DNA from: an uncultured Bacteroidales bacterium
Lineage (GTDB): Bacteria > Bacteroidota > Bacteroidia > Bacteroidales > UBA7960
Assembly: GCA_964491395.1 (NCBI GenBank)
Contig: CAZBGI010000003.1
Span: 39,971 to 103,970 of the forward strand
Direction of reading: 5' to 3'
Length of the DNA stretch: 64,000 bases
Part shown: piece by piece, positions 48,550 through 58,198 of the stretch
How positions within the stretch are numbered: the first letter of the stretch is position 1
How the letters are laid out: every line of letters begins with the position of its first letter
The notes under the pieces: generated by a model
Database searches by the model: none
The model's input: the letters and a program-made list of their open reading frames with translations, nothing else
Told to the model about the DNA's origin: nothing
Program-made: the position numbers and the translations under genes

Positions 48550-51500
48550 ATGAAAAAACTTACCTTTTTTGTCCTGCTGTTTTGGGGGGGAATTCAACTT
48601 TTAATTGCTCAGCTGGTAATTGTTCCAACATCCAGCTTCCGGGAAACAGAAAGTCTTTTTCGAAATCCGGATTTTACTGTTCATTTTTACCGGGATGAGT
48701 TTGTCATTGCAACAGCTAAGGGAGATTTGCCCAAACAAAACTATGTTGTTCTGGATGAGAATCCCTGGGAGAACGATGTGAGCTACTATATTGTTTATGT
48801 TGACGGCAATGTGGACAAAGCAGCATGGAGGAGCCAAAATGAAAAACAGGCTGAGGTTCTTTACGATGGCGAATGGTTTATGATAGTAAGTTCTTGTGAA
48901 ACCCTCCATGGTCCGTTGCAGCCTGCCAAAAATGACGGTATGGTGAAAGTTTTTGAAAGGGGTGCAGCCTTGCCAAAAAATAGGATAAATACTCCCAATA
49001 AAAACCTTGAACCTGATGCATGGGTGGAGGATTTGCTGGATGAAATTGAAGGCGATTCTATAACAAGCTGGGTTCAGCATCTTGAGAACTACGGCACCCG
49101 CGATGCATATTCACCTGAAAGTGTACAGGCACAACAATGGATAGCCGAGAAGTTTCTCTCCTGGGGCCTTGATGTGGAAATCATGGATTTTGACATGTCA
49201 GGGGGGCCTGCCAGTGACAATATTATAGCTACGCTGACAGGGACAAAATACCCCGATGAATATGTGGTGCTGGGCGGCCATTCTGATTCTTATTCCAGTT
49301 CAGCGATGGCCCCCGGAGCTGATGATAATGCCTCGGGAACTGCCGGTGTTATGGAAATTGCGCGCATTCTCAGCCAGTATGAATTTGACAGGAGCATTGT
49401 TTTTTGTGCTTTTTCGGGCGAAGAATATGGGCTGCATGGTAGTGCAGCTTATGCCAGCAGAAGTGCACAGCAGGGTATGGAAATTCTGGGATATTTCAAT
49501 ATGGATATGATTGGATATCTGGAACCGGGCAACACCACCATTATGACTTCCTTGATTTATCCTCAGTCTGCCAAAGAACTTGCCGATTTTTATACCGATG
49601 TGGCAGCAGTTTACCTTCCCGATTTTATGATTACTACATCTACGATGATCGGGGGCGACAGTGATCATACCTCTTTTAACAACAATGGCTATATGGGTAT
49701 ATTTCCTTTCGAAGATAGTGAAAATTACAGCCCTTATATCCACACCGCCAATGATTTGGTTGGTCCCAGTTACAATAATCAGGAGCAAGCCGTTGTTTTT
49801 TCAAAAGCTACCATGGCCTCGGTTGTAACGCTGTCCGACCTTTTAACTCCGCCCCGCAATCTGTTGGCCATTCCCGGTGATGGTATGGTGGAATTGCACT
49901 GGGACGAAATGTACGATGTGGATTATTTTAATATATACCGGGATGGAATTTTCCTGAGCTCTTCTGCTAACAGTATGTTTACAGACACAGAAGTGGAAAA
50001 TGGTGTGCAGTATGAATACTACGTTACAGCCGTTTATTCCGATAGTGAAGAAGAATCGGCACCATCCAACAGGGTGTGGGTTACACCTATGCCCCCCATA
50101 TCATTTCCTCTTTTCATTGATTTTGAAAACGGTTTTCCTTACTGGGAGTTAAGTCCCCAGTGGGGACTTACTTCCAATGAATCTTTTTCCCCTTCTTATT
50201 CGCTTTCTGAAAGTCCCGACGGTGCCTATGAAAATGACAGAGAAGATTATGCCACGCTTTTTCCCGTCAATCTTGAGGGATATACAGACGCGACACTGTC
50301 TTTTTATACCCGGTATGACATTGAAAACAACTATGATTTTATGTATCTGCAGATTTCTTCGGACGGAAATAACTGGAATACACTTGATACCTATTCAGGC
50401 ACCCAAAGTCAATGGACTGAAAAAGTATATTCTTTGAATGATTATCTGGACGAACCCTATGTTGCTATCCGTTTTTATTTCTCCAGTGATTATACGGTGA
50501 CCAAAGATGGAATGTATATTGACGATTTTTCTCTGGTAACAGAAGGTGGTTATGAAACACAAACGCTTGAGCTCCCCTCCGGCTGGAGTGGTGTGTCGAG
50601 CTATTTAGTTCCCGCCCAGGACCAAATGGCAGATTTGTTACAACCTCTGACGGGTGAAATGGAACTAATTCAGGATATGACCTACACATGGTGGCCTTCA
50701 GAAAATGTGAACACCCTTACCACATGGGACAGTCAATCGGGTTATAAAATCAAAGTTCATGACAATACTTCTTTGGAAATACAGGGAGATTGGCCTGAAA
50801 ACAACACTATTTCAATCGATGAAGGATGGAATCTGATTCCTGTTGCGAGTGAGTGCCCGGTAGATATCTCCGTGTTATTGGATGATTCAGAGGTAATAAT
50901 GGTTAAGGAAGTTGGGGGAGAAGGGGTGTATTGGCCATCGCAGAATGTCTTTTCTCTGAACCAGTTATTGCCAGGTAAAGCTTATATGTTGAAAGCGTCT
51001 GAAGATTCAGAAATTACATTTCCTGAATGTGAAATGAATCTTTTGACAAACCTGCATCAGCCCCAACAGGGGCCCTGGGAAAGGGTTTCTCCAACAGCTA
51101 GCTCTCATGTTATTGCTTTACCTTACTTTCCGGAAAATAGCTTCCAGGAAGGTGATTTTGTGGGGGTTTTTACTTCTGATGGTTTATGTGCCGGATATAC
51201 ACAGATTGCTGAACCTGCAGCAAATCAGGCTTTAATGGTTTATGCCGATGATATCACCACTCCTGAAATTGATGGTTTCTCCGAAGGTGAATCCATGAAC
51301 TTCAGGCTTTTTTCGGTAGAAGAACAAAAAGAATACGAACTTGTGGCTGATTTTAACAATGGCTTTCCCCAGGAGGACCAATTCCAAAGTGAAGGTATTT
51401 CAGGGTTGCTGTCTCTTGAATTGGCTACTTCTGTTTTTCACTTTGCTGAAAACACTTTCCTGCTTTATCCTAATCCTGCAGAGGAATTGTTGAAAATTGA

Positions 51501-51678
51501 GACTGGAAAAACATCACAATGGACGTTGGATATATACAGCATGGATGGACAACATCTTTTCAGCAAAGTTATGACGGGTGATGCAGAAATCGATTTAACT
51601 GCTTTTTCAGCAGGAGTTTACTTCTTCAAAACCGAAGGATTGGATAGAATTGAAGTTCATAAAGTAGTCATCCAATAA
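48550..51678 (+). CDS. M28-family zinc aminopeptidase with FN3-like and extra beta domains and a T9SS C-terminal sorting domain
   Basis: Signal peptide MKKLTFFVLLFWGGIQLLIAQ. M28 metal ligand blocks GGHSDSY, GADDNASG and GEEYGLHGS. The C-terminal approximately 80 aa (LYPNPAEELLKIE...GVYFFKTEG...) form a Por/T9SS CTD. Confidence 0.85.
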   Translation: MKKLTFFVLLFWGGIQLLIAQLVIVPTSSFRETESLFRNPDFTVHFYRDEFVIATAKGDLPKQNYVVLDENPWENDVSYYIVYVDGNVDKAAWRSQNEKQAEVLYDGEWFMIVSSCETLHGPLQPAKNDGMVKVFERGAALPKNRINTPNKNLEPDAWVEDLLDEIEGDSITSWVQHLENYGTRDAYSPESVQAQQWIAEKFLSWGLDVEIMDFDMSGGPASDNIIATLTGTKYPDEYVVLGGHSDSYSSSAMAPGADDNASGTAGVMEIARILSQYEFDRSIVFCAFSGEEYGLHGSAAYASRSAQQGMEILGYFNMDMIGYLEPGNTTIMTSLIYPQSAKELADFYTDVAAVYLPDFMITTSTMIGGDSDHTSFNNNGYMGIFPFEDSENYSPYIHTANDLVGPSYNNQEQAVVFSKATMASVVTLSDLLTPPRNLLAIPGDGMVELHWDEMYDVDYFNIYRDGIFLSSSANSMFTDTEVENGVQYEYYVTAVYSDSEEESAPSNRVWVTPMPPISFPLFIDFENGFPYWELSPQWGLTSNESFSPSYSLSESPDGAYENDREDYATLFPVNLEGYTDATLSFYTRYDIENNYDFMYLQISSDGNNWNTLDTYSGTQSQWTEKVYSLNDYLDEPYVAIRFYFSSDYTVTKDGMYIDDFSLVTEGGYETQTLELPSGWSGVSSYLVPAQDQMADLLQPLTGEMELIQDMTYTWWPSENVNTLTTWDSQSGYKIKVHDNTSLEIQGDWPENNTISIDEGWNLIPVASECPVDISVLLDDSEVIMVKEVGGEGVYWPSQNVFSLNQLLPGKAYMLKASEDSEITFPECEMNLLTNLHQPQQGPWERVSPTASSHVIALPYFPENSFQEGDFVGVFTSDGLCAGYTQIAEPAANQALMVYADDITTPEIDGFSEGESMNFRLFSVEEQKEYELVADFNNGFPQEDQFQSEGISGLLSLELATSVFHFAENTFLLYPNPAEELLKIETGKTSQWTLDIYSMDGQHLFSKVMTGDAEIDLTAFSAGVYFFKTEGLDRIEVHKVVIQ

Positions 51679-51680
51679 TT

Positions 51681-51705
51681 GACTGTAAAAACTGGTTTTA
51701 CTGTC
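51681..51705 (+). terminator. hairpin after the peptidase gene
   Basis: GACTGTAAAA(A)-CTGG-TTTTACTGTC, 9 of 10 bp paired, 3 nt after the stop. No clean T-run. Confidence 0.35.
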
Positions 51706-51728
51706 CGCCGTTTATTGAGGGGTTTTAT

Positions 51729-52733
51729 ATGCGTCATTTCAATATTCCTGTTTTTATTCCCGAACTTGCATGTCCTTTTCGGTGCGTGTATTGCAATCAG
51801 TTCTCTATTACCGGTAATTGTAAAGCTCCCGATATTGATGAAGTAAAATCGATTATCGAAACCCATCTTTCCACTTTACATTCTGGCAGGGGAAGGATAG
51901 AAGTGGCCTTTTTCGGGGGAAGTTTCACGGGTTTGGAATGGGATGTGCAAATGCGATACCTCGAAACAGTACAACCCTATCTTCAGGAGGGAAAAGTTGA
52001 GGGCATTCGTTTATCTACGCGTCCGGATTACATTGACGAAAAAGGACTTGTCCTGTTGAAAGAAATGGGAGTAGTGGCCATAGAGCTGGGTGCTCAGTCA
52101 CTTGATGATGAAGTATTGCAAAGAAGTGGAAGAGGGCATACTGTGGAAGAGGTAGAAATTGCTTCCGAACTGATTAAATCCGTTGGTTTTGAGCTGGGTT
52201 TACAGATGATGACGGGTTTGCCCGGTGATAGTGAAGAAAAGGCTTTGCATACTGCCAGGAAAATTGTAAAGCTTAAGGCAGATACAACAAGGATTTATCC
52301 CACCCTGGTTATCAGGGATACACCCCTGGCAGAGCTTTTCAAGAAAAAGATATATTCTCCTCAAACACTCGAGGAGTCAGTTGAGTTGTGCGCCCGGCTC
52401 TATGATATATTCGCTCATGAGGGTGTGAAAATTCTGCGCATGGGACTTCACCCTTCAGAAGGGTTTTTTAGTGGAGAATCTCTATTGGCAGGACCCTTTC
52501 ATCCGGCTTTTGGAGAATTAGTTCTTAGTGAGGTTTGGTTCCATAAATTGAAACATTTACCCAAAACCATATCAGGCCAGATGCTCACCTTAATAGTGAA
52601 TCCATCGGAGATAAATACAGTTATAGGACACAAAGCCCGCAACAAGATATTTCTGCAAAAACATTTCAGAAAATTAAAAATCATTGCCGGCAGGGAAGTT
52701 CCCAAAGGAGATTATCATGTTGATACTTGTTGA
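51729..52733 (+). CDS. ELP3-type radical SAM protein without the C-terminal acetyltransferase domain
   Basis: 334 aa with the cluster motif CPFRCVYCNQ. The blocks RLSTRPDYI, IELGAQSLDDEVL..SGRGHT and YPTLVIRDTPLAELFKKKIY are colinear with the Elp3 radical SAM domain (TRPDY, EIGVQS, NRGHT, YPTLVIRGTGLYELW). Confidence 0.8.
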   Translation: MRHFNIPVFIPELACPFRCVYCNQFSITGNCKAPDIDEVKSIIETHLSTLHSGRGRIEVAFFGGSFTGLEWDVQMRYLETVQPYLQEGKVEGIRLSTRPDYIDEKGLVLLKEMGVVAIELGAQSLDDEVLQRSGRGHTVEEVEIASELIKSVGFELGLQMMTGLPGDSEEKALHTARKIVKLKADTTRIYPTLVIRDTPLAELFKKKIYSPQTLEESVELCARLYDIFAHEGVKILRMGLHPSEGFFSGESLLAGPFHPAFGELVLSEVWFHKLKHLPKTISGQMLTLIVNPSEINTVIGHKARNKIFLQKHFRKLKIIAGREVPKGDYHVDTC

Positions 52734-53412
52734 TAAAAAAGCACCGGAAGCAGCCAAAGCATCTTTACAAAATGAGGGAGAGGTGGTGGAATTTTCCACC
52801 ACGGGAATTTGCTATGAGGCCATTTCCGGACATCCGGATATTTTCTTTTTTCAACATCCCAAAGGGCTGGTAGTTGCTCCCAATACTCCTGTAAAGTATG
52901 TTAATATTATGAAGGACAAAGGAGTATCTTTTACCATGGGACATTTACCCGTGGGTAGCCATTACCCCCATACCGCTCACTATAACGCCTTGTATACCCA
53001 TCGGGGAATTTTGCACAATGCCGGCATAACTGACCCAAAAGTGAAAATATGTCATCAAAATATTTTGCAATGTAAGCAGGGTTATGTTCGCTGCAATGCT
53101 ATTGAAGTTGGTCGCTGGTTACTAACTTCCGACAAAGGAATTGAACACACAATGCTGAAAGAATCCCGAGATGTGCTCTATGTGTCTCCGCAAAATATTG
53201 TTTTGCAAGGTTTTAAAAATGGTTTTTTGGGGGGTTGTTGTGGCATTCATCAGAAAAAAGTTTATTTTTGTGGAAGTATAGACAATATACCTCAATTCGA
53301 CATAATCGAAAAAATAATAAGAGATGAGGGAGGGGAAGTCATTGAACTTTATGAAGGTCCCTTGCAGGATGTTGGAACCATATTGTTTCTCAATACAAGG
53401 TCAGAACAATAA
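52717..53412 (+). CDS. conserved hypothetical protein, overlaps the radical SAM gene by 17 nt
   Basis: ATG at 52717 (MLILVDKKAPEAAK...), 231 aa, with no TM or signal. Motifs seen: GHPDIFFFQ, QGYVRCNAI, GFLGGCCGIH. I cannot place it in a named family. Confidence 0.5.
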   Translation: MLILVDKKAPEAAKASLQNEGEVVEFSTTGICYEAISGHPDIFFFQHPKGLVVAPNTPVKYVNIMKDKGVSFTMGHLPVGSHYPHTAHYNALYTHRGILHNAGITDPKVKICHQNILQCKQGYVRCNAIEVGRWLLTSDKGIEHTMLKESRDVLYVSPQNIVLQGFKNGFLGGCCGIHQKKVYFCGSIDNIPQFDIIEKIIRDEGGEVIELYEGPLQDVGTILFLNTRSEQ

Positions 53413-53424
53413 AACACCACCATA

Positions 53425-56400
53425 TTGAAAAGACTTTTATCCATATTATCTTTGCTTGTTTTTCTGGGGTGCAATCCTGACAAGCAACCCGCGAAATCTT
53501 CATATTCCTCTGTTCCTGAAAAAGAAATCATCCGGGGCAACAAAATTTTATTGCAAAACCAATCATTTCCTGATACTTTTCCCAAACCCTCTTTCAAAGT
53601 AAAAAAAGCGGCCACAGCCCAAATTATCCCTTTTCGTGATAAGCAACCCTTGCTCATTGACCCTCTTGTTTTGCCATTGAAATCCGATCCTGTTGTTATA
53701 AGGGTAGGCGAAAATAATTATGCAGATCCGATGAAGTTAACGGTTGTACCTGACACCATCCGTACCCGGTTGCCAAAAATCATACAAGCCAAGGATCCTT
53801 ATATGATGGCTCATAATCCTTTCAGTTTTTCTTTCTATTCGCGCTCTCAGGGGTTGCCCAATGATGATATCAGTTCAATAGTGACAGATAATCGGGGATT
53901 TTTGTGGATTAGCACCTATGGTGCGGGGCTGGTAAGGTTCGATGGAAAATACTTTGCTCACTATACCTCCCAAAGCGGTTTTTCTGACAATTTTTTGCTT
54001 CATCTGACCTCTGATAGTCAGGATCGGTTAATTTTTGGGATGCGAACAGGAGGACTGGCTATTTTTGACGGGGAGCAGTACCTGGTTTTTGATAAAACCA
54101 ATGGATTTCCCAACAACAGAGTAGAAAACATATTTGAAGACAGCAAGGGGAACTTATGGATTGGTACTTTTGGTGCAGGTGTTTTAAAATATGATGGGAA
54201 AGAATTTGTACAATATGATAGTTCCTGCGGCTTACCGGGGAATGTGGTTTATGCTATAACTGAGGACAATGCAGGAAATATATGGCTGGGAACAAGGAGT
54301 ACGGGTCTTTCCAGATTCAACGGGAAAGATTTCACAAACTATTCCACCCTGCAGGGCCTCTCCAGTGATTTTGTCAGATTCCTGGAATTTGATCACGATG
54401 GAAAACTTTGGATAGGAACAGAGGGAGGCGGAATCTCGGTTTTAGACGGAGATTCATTGATTTACTACAATAAAGCCAATGGTTTTCCTGATAACGAGAT
54501 TTCTGCAATGCATATGGCAAGCGATGGTCAGATCTGGCTGGGAACCCGGAAAAATGGATTGTTACAATTTGATGGACATAGCTTTAAGCAGTTTACCGAA
54601 AATGATGGATTGGTAAATAATAATATAACAACCATTCATGAGGATTTAACCCATAAAATATGGGTGGGTACTTATGGAGGGGGAGTAGGATATTACAATG
54701 GCCATATTTTCAGACACTATGCCAAAGAAGAAGGAGCTCCCGAATCTTTTATAAGGGCTCTTGTGGAGGATCGTAATGAGAATAAATGGTTGGGAATGAA
54801 CAGTGAAGGGTTGCTGATGTTGCCCAAAGATGCTGATTCTCTGCAATGGTTTACCCAGGACCAAGGCCTTGAAGATAACAGAATCAGAAGTCTTTATGAA
54901 GATAAAAGCGGAAATATCTGGATAGGTTTTTTGTTTGAAGGTGTTTCCGTTTTTGATGGAGATAATTTCTTGTCATTTGAAGATGACAATCTGCTGTCTG
55001 ACATTTCAGTTGTTTCAGTTCTTGAGCAAAATAACGGTACAATCTGGATTGGCAGCTATGGGGATGGTTTGTTCAGACTGGAAGAAGATATTGTTATCCA
55101 ATATACCACAGAAAACGGGCTTACTGACAATTATATCCGGAAAATACTGGAAGACGAAAAAGGCAATTTATGGATAGCCACGCGCGATGGTGGTGTTAAT
55201 TATTTCGATGGAAGAAGTTTTACGCACTATACTACCGATGTAGGTTTGCCAACCAATGATATCTTTGATATATTCCTTGATCGGATGGGCGTTCTTTGGA
55301 TTGGGACTAATGGCTCGGGCTTGCTCATGCTCGATGATGATATGCTTACCATTTTCAAACAGGAGCATGGAATAGGCAGTGATTTTGTGTATTCTATACT
55401 GCAAGATCAACAGGGTAATATGTGGTTTGGTACTCGCTGGGGAATCAGTCTGTTTCTGGGAAGAAGTTTTTTGATTGTGGATAAGGAAAGGAATCAACAA
55501 ATCTCCAATGCGCATGAAAGAGGCATTTTTTTTAAAACTTTTACCCGCGATAATGGCTTCATGGGAGTAGGGGTAAATTCAAAGGCCATGATCCAAACCA
55601 CCGATGACAATATTTGGATCGGAGCCAATGATTTGCTAACTAAATTTGATCCCGATAACATCGTCCTTGATTCCCGGACTCCTTTTATCTATTTGAGTTG
55701 GATGGGTCTTTTTAATGAGCAAATACCCTGGGCTGAGTTGGTGCAGAACCAGGATTCTGCATTTGTTCTTCCCAGTGGAGTAGAAATTGACAATTACTCG
55801 TTTGATAGGGTAAACCGATGGTTTGGTATTCCGGAAAATTTAACACTTGCACACGATAATAATTATGTGGTTTTTAGTTTCGCGGGTGTTTCTTCTGGTA
55901 TTACGGGTTTGCTTCGCTATCAGCACATGCTGGAAGGGATGGAGGGAAACTGGAGTCCTCTTTCTGAAAACACTGAAGCACACTATGGCAACCTGCAGCC
56001 CGGAAAATACAATTTTAGGCTGCGGGCAATGAATAAGGAAGGGTATTTTAGTGATGAACTGCAATTTGGTTTTGAAATTGCTCCCCCATGGTGGTTAACC
56101 TGGTGGGCTTATTTATTGTATGCCCTGATCTTTCTTGGTTTGGCAGGAGCGAGTTACTTATATCTGAAAAAACTTAAAATTATTCGCGAGCGTAAAAAAC
56201 TGGAGGAGATGGAACTGCAGCAAAAAGTTCAGATAGCTCAAAAATCAGTAGAATTCAAACAGAACTTCCTGGCCAATATGAGCCATGAAATACGGACTCC
56301 ATTAACTGGTGTGTTGGGAATGGCGGATTTACTTCTCAAGACACCCCTGAATGAAAAGCAGCTTGACTATTTGAGAACCCTGGTTCTTTCCGGGGAGAAC

Positions 56401-57372
56401 CTTAGGGAGATAATCAACCTGGTGCTGGATTATTCCAAAATTGAGGCCGGGAAGGTAAAGTTACATGAGGAGATTTTTTCCATCGAAAAACTCCTTGCGG
56501 ATGCCGAAAAACTTTTTTTCTCTATTTGCCGCAAGGATATCGTTTTCATCAAAGATACGGCACCACAGGAAACGGGTTATCTGAAAGGAGATTATAGCCG
56601 TATTTTTCAGATTATCAGCAATTTATTGTCCAATGCGGTAAAGTTTACTGAAAAAGGGAGCATTAGTATCAAAATAAAAAACGAAGTTGATTCCAGCCTG
56701 CCCGATGAAGTAAAGAAAATAAGAGTGCTAATCAGCGATACGGGGAGAGGGGTTCCTTCTGATGAGGTAGAAAACCTGTTTAAGCCTTTCTATCAGACGG
56801 ATCAGTCTTACAACCGAAATTCTGATGGAACAGGCCTGGGTTTGGCTATTTGCAAAGAACTTTCAGAAATTCTCGGAGGTTCAATAGGTTACGAACGAAA
56901 CAAAAACAAAGGAAGTACTTTCTGGTTTAGCTTTGTGGCACATAAAGAAACTGAACCGGTTGCAATTGCCACAGAAATCAGCCGTACCGAAGATACCACC
57001 AATGGCAGTCTTGATATCTTGCTGGTTGAAGACAAAGCAATCAATCAGAAAGTTATCACCCTGATGCTGGAGTCTATGAACCACAGGGTATCTTTGGCTG
57101 TCAATGGGCAAAAAGCCATCCAGATTTGCGAAAAGCGTAATTTTGATCTTATCCTGATGGACATTCAAATGCCCGTGATGGATGGAATAACCGCTACTCA
57201 AATCATGAAAACTCGCTTCACTAATCTTCCGCCTATTGTAGGTTTGAGTGCTAATGCATTTGAAGGAGATCGTGAGAAGTACATGAAAATGGGGATGGAT
57301 GAATATCTGACCAAACCCGTAAAAGAGAGTGATTTTTCAAATATGATAAAGAAGCTGAACCTGAAATCCTGA
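53425..57372 (+). CDS. hybrid sensor histidine kinase with periplasmic two-component-regulator propeller repeats and Y_Y_Y domain
   Basis: 1315 aa with a TTG start and a lipoprotein-like signal (LVFLGCN). It has many repeats of the type G.LWIGT..GL..FDG, one TM segment (WWAYLLYALIFLGLAGASYLYL), H-box MSHEIRTPLTG, an HATPase and receiver LMDIQMPVMDG. No AraC HTH. Confidence 0.85.
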   Translation: MKRLLSILSLLVFLGCNPDKQPAKSSYSSVPEKEIIRGNKILLQNQSFPDTFPKPSFKVKKAATAQIIPFRDKQPLLIDPLVLPLKSDPVVIRVGENNYADPMKLTVVPDTIRTRLPKIIQAKDPYMMAHNPFSFSFYSRSQGLPNDDISSIVTDNRGFLWISTYGAGLVRFDGKYFAHYTSQSGFSDNFLLHLTSDSQDRLIFGMRTGGLAIFDGEQYLVFDKTNGFPNNRVENIFEDSKGNLWIGTFGAGVLKYDGKEFVQYDSSCGLPGNVVYAITEDNAGNIWLGTRSTGLSRFNGKDFTNYSTLQGLSSDFVRFLEFDHDGKLWIGTEGGGISVLDGDSLIYYNKANGFPDNEISAMHMASDGQIWLGTRKNGLLQFDGHSFKQFTENDGLVNNNITTIHEDLTHKIWVGTYGGGVGYYNGHIFRHYAKEEGAPESFIRALVEDRNENKWLGMNSEGLLMLPKDADSLQWFTQDQGLEDNRIRSLYEDKSGNIWIGFLFEGVSVFDGDNFLSFEDDNLLSDISVVSVLEQNNGTIWIGSYGDGLFRLEEDIVIQYTTENGLTDNYIRKILEDEKGNLWIATRDGGVNYFDGRSFTHYTTDVGLPTNDIFDIFLDRMGVLWIGTNGSGLLMLDDDMLTIFKQEHGIGSDFVYSILQDQQGNMWFGTRWGISLFLGRSFLIVDKERNQQISNAHERGIFFKTFTRDNGFMGVGVNSKAMIQTTDDNIWIGANDLLTKFDPDNIVLDSRTPFIYLSWMGLFNEQIPWAELVQNQDSAFVLPSGVEIDNYSFDRVNRWFGIPENLTLAHDNNYVVFSFAGVSSGITGLLRYQHMLEGMEGNWSPLSENTEAHYGNLQPGKYNFRLRAMNKEGYFSDELQFGFEIAPPWWLTWWAYLLYALIFLGLAGASYLYLKKLKIIRERKKLEEMELQQKVQIAQKSVEFKQNFLANMSHEIRTPLTGVLGMADLLLKTPLNEKQLDYLRTLVLSGENLREIINLVLDYSKIEAGKVKLHEEIFSIEKLLADAEKLFFSICRKDIVFIKDTAPQETGYLKGDYSRIFQIISNLLSNAVKFTEKGSISIKIKNEVDSSLPDEVKKIRVLISDTGRGVPSDEVENLFKPFYQTDQSYNRNSDGTGLGLAICKELSEILGGSIGYERNKNKGSTFWFSFVAHKETEPVAIATEISRTEDTTNGSLDILLVEDKAINQKVITLMLESMNHRVSLAVNGQKAIQICEKRNFDLILMDIQMPVMDGITATQIMKTRFTNLPPIVGLSANAFEGDREKYMKMGMDEYLTKPVKESDFSNMIKKLNLKS

Positions 57373-57385
57373 CCGGGTATCCTGA

Positions 57386-58186
57386 TTAGTGAATCTTTTC
57401 ATTGGCCGGGGTTACCCTCACTTTAATTTCCCGTGCAATATCCAGCGCCGTGGTAAGGGTACTTAAATCGTTAAATAGCTCACCGGAAGCACCTGACCAG
57501 TGACTATGTCCAATAGGTTGCATGATGTATTCATCTTGCAGATTATTCAAATCTACGGTGACTTTGTATACCAATGCCGGCTGGCTTGAAGTCTTGTAAT
57601 GCAAATCTTCAGGATATTTATTGTTGTGCCAATGTTGGTTCCAGTCCCACGACTGATTGATTTCCATCAGAATATTAAAAACCCTGGGTTCTCTGTGCCG
57701 GGTGGAAGAATGTAATACAAAGGCTGCTTTGGGTGTAGCCCCCGTTACTGCGTCGGGCATCGGGTCTTCCCTGGTGGGCAAATAAAAACCATCAGGAGCT
57801 TTTACTCCTCTTTTATGGCCCCAGTAGGGCAAGGCCGCAGGTCTTCGCAGGGGGCCGGGCTGCCAGCGACCCGATGAAGCATCTCCATGCCGGAAATAGC
57901 CTTCAGCAATCGATTGAGCCACAAATAAACTCTGGATGTAAATCCCTGAAGTATCTTCTATCCAAAAGGCCATTAGGGGATGATTATGGCGACGCCCGGG
58001 TTCAAAGATGATCTCCAGTTGATGGCCTTCTGCATGTTCCAGGGTTGTTATTTTTTCCGGAGGATCCTGTTTTCGTAATTTTTGCCACCAACCTCGCTGC
58101 GCATATGTTTCAGTTGTAAATACACCTGAAATCATAAAAAGTAGTGCACTACATAAACCAATTACTGAGCTTTTTCTTGAGATCAT
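57386..58186 (-). CDS. secreted DUF2271-like protein
   Basis: 266 aa with a signal peptide. MAFWIEDTSGIYIQSLFV and PDAVTGATP resemble DUF2271 signatures (from memory). Confidence 0.4.
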   Translation of the reverse strand: MISRKSSVIGLCSALLFMISGVFTTETYAQRGWWQKLRKQDPPEKITTLEHAEGHQLEIIFEPGRRHNHPLMAFWIEDTSGIYIQSLFVAQSIAEGYFRHGDASSGRWQPGPLRRPAALPYWGHKRGVKAPDGFYLPTREDPMPDAVTGATPKAAFVLHSSTRHREPRVFNILMEINQSWDWNQHWHNNKYPEDLHYKTSSQPALVYKVTVDLNNLQDEYIMQPIGHSHWSGASGELFNDLSTLTTALDIAREIKVRVTPANEKIH

Positions 58187-58198
58187 AATACCTTGCTT

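Noticed and set aside
52717-53412. Assigning the unknown 231-aa protein to the pentein (amidinotransferase/DDAH) superfamily, based on GGCCGIH resembling a GGG.HC catalytic motif
   Set aside because: The Cys motif sits about 55 residues from the C-terminus rather than near it, and I cannot trace the five-fold repeat by eye. The resemblance is too thin to report as a call.
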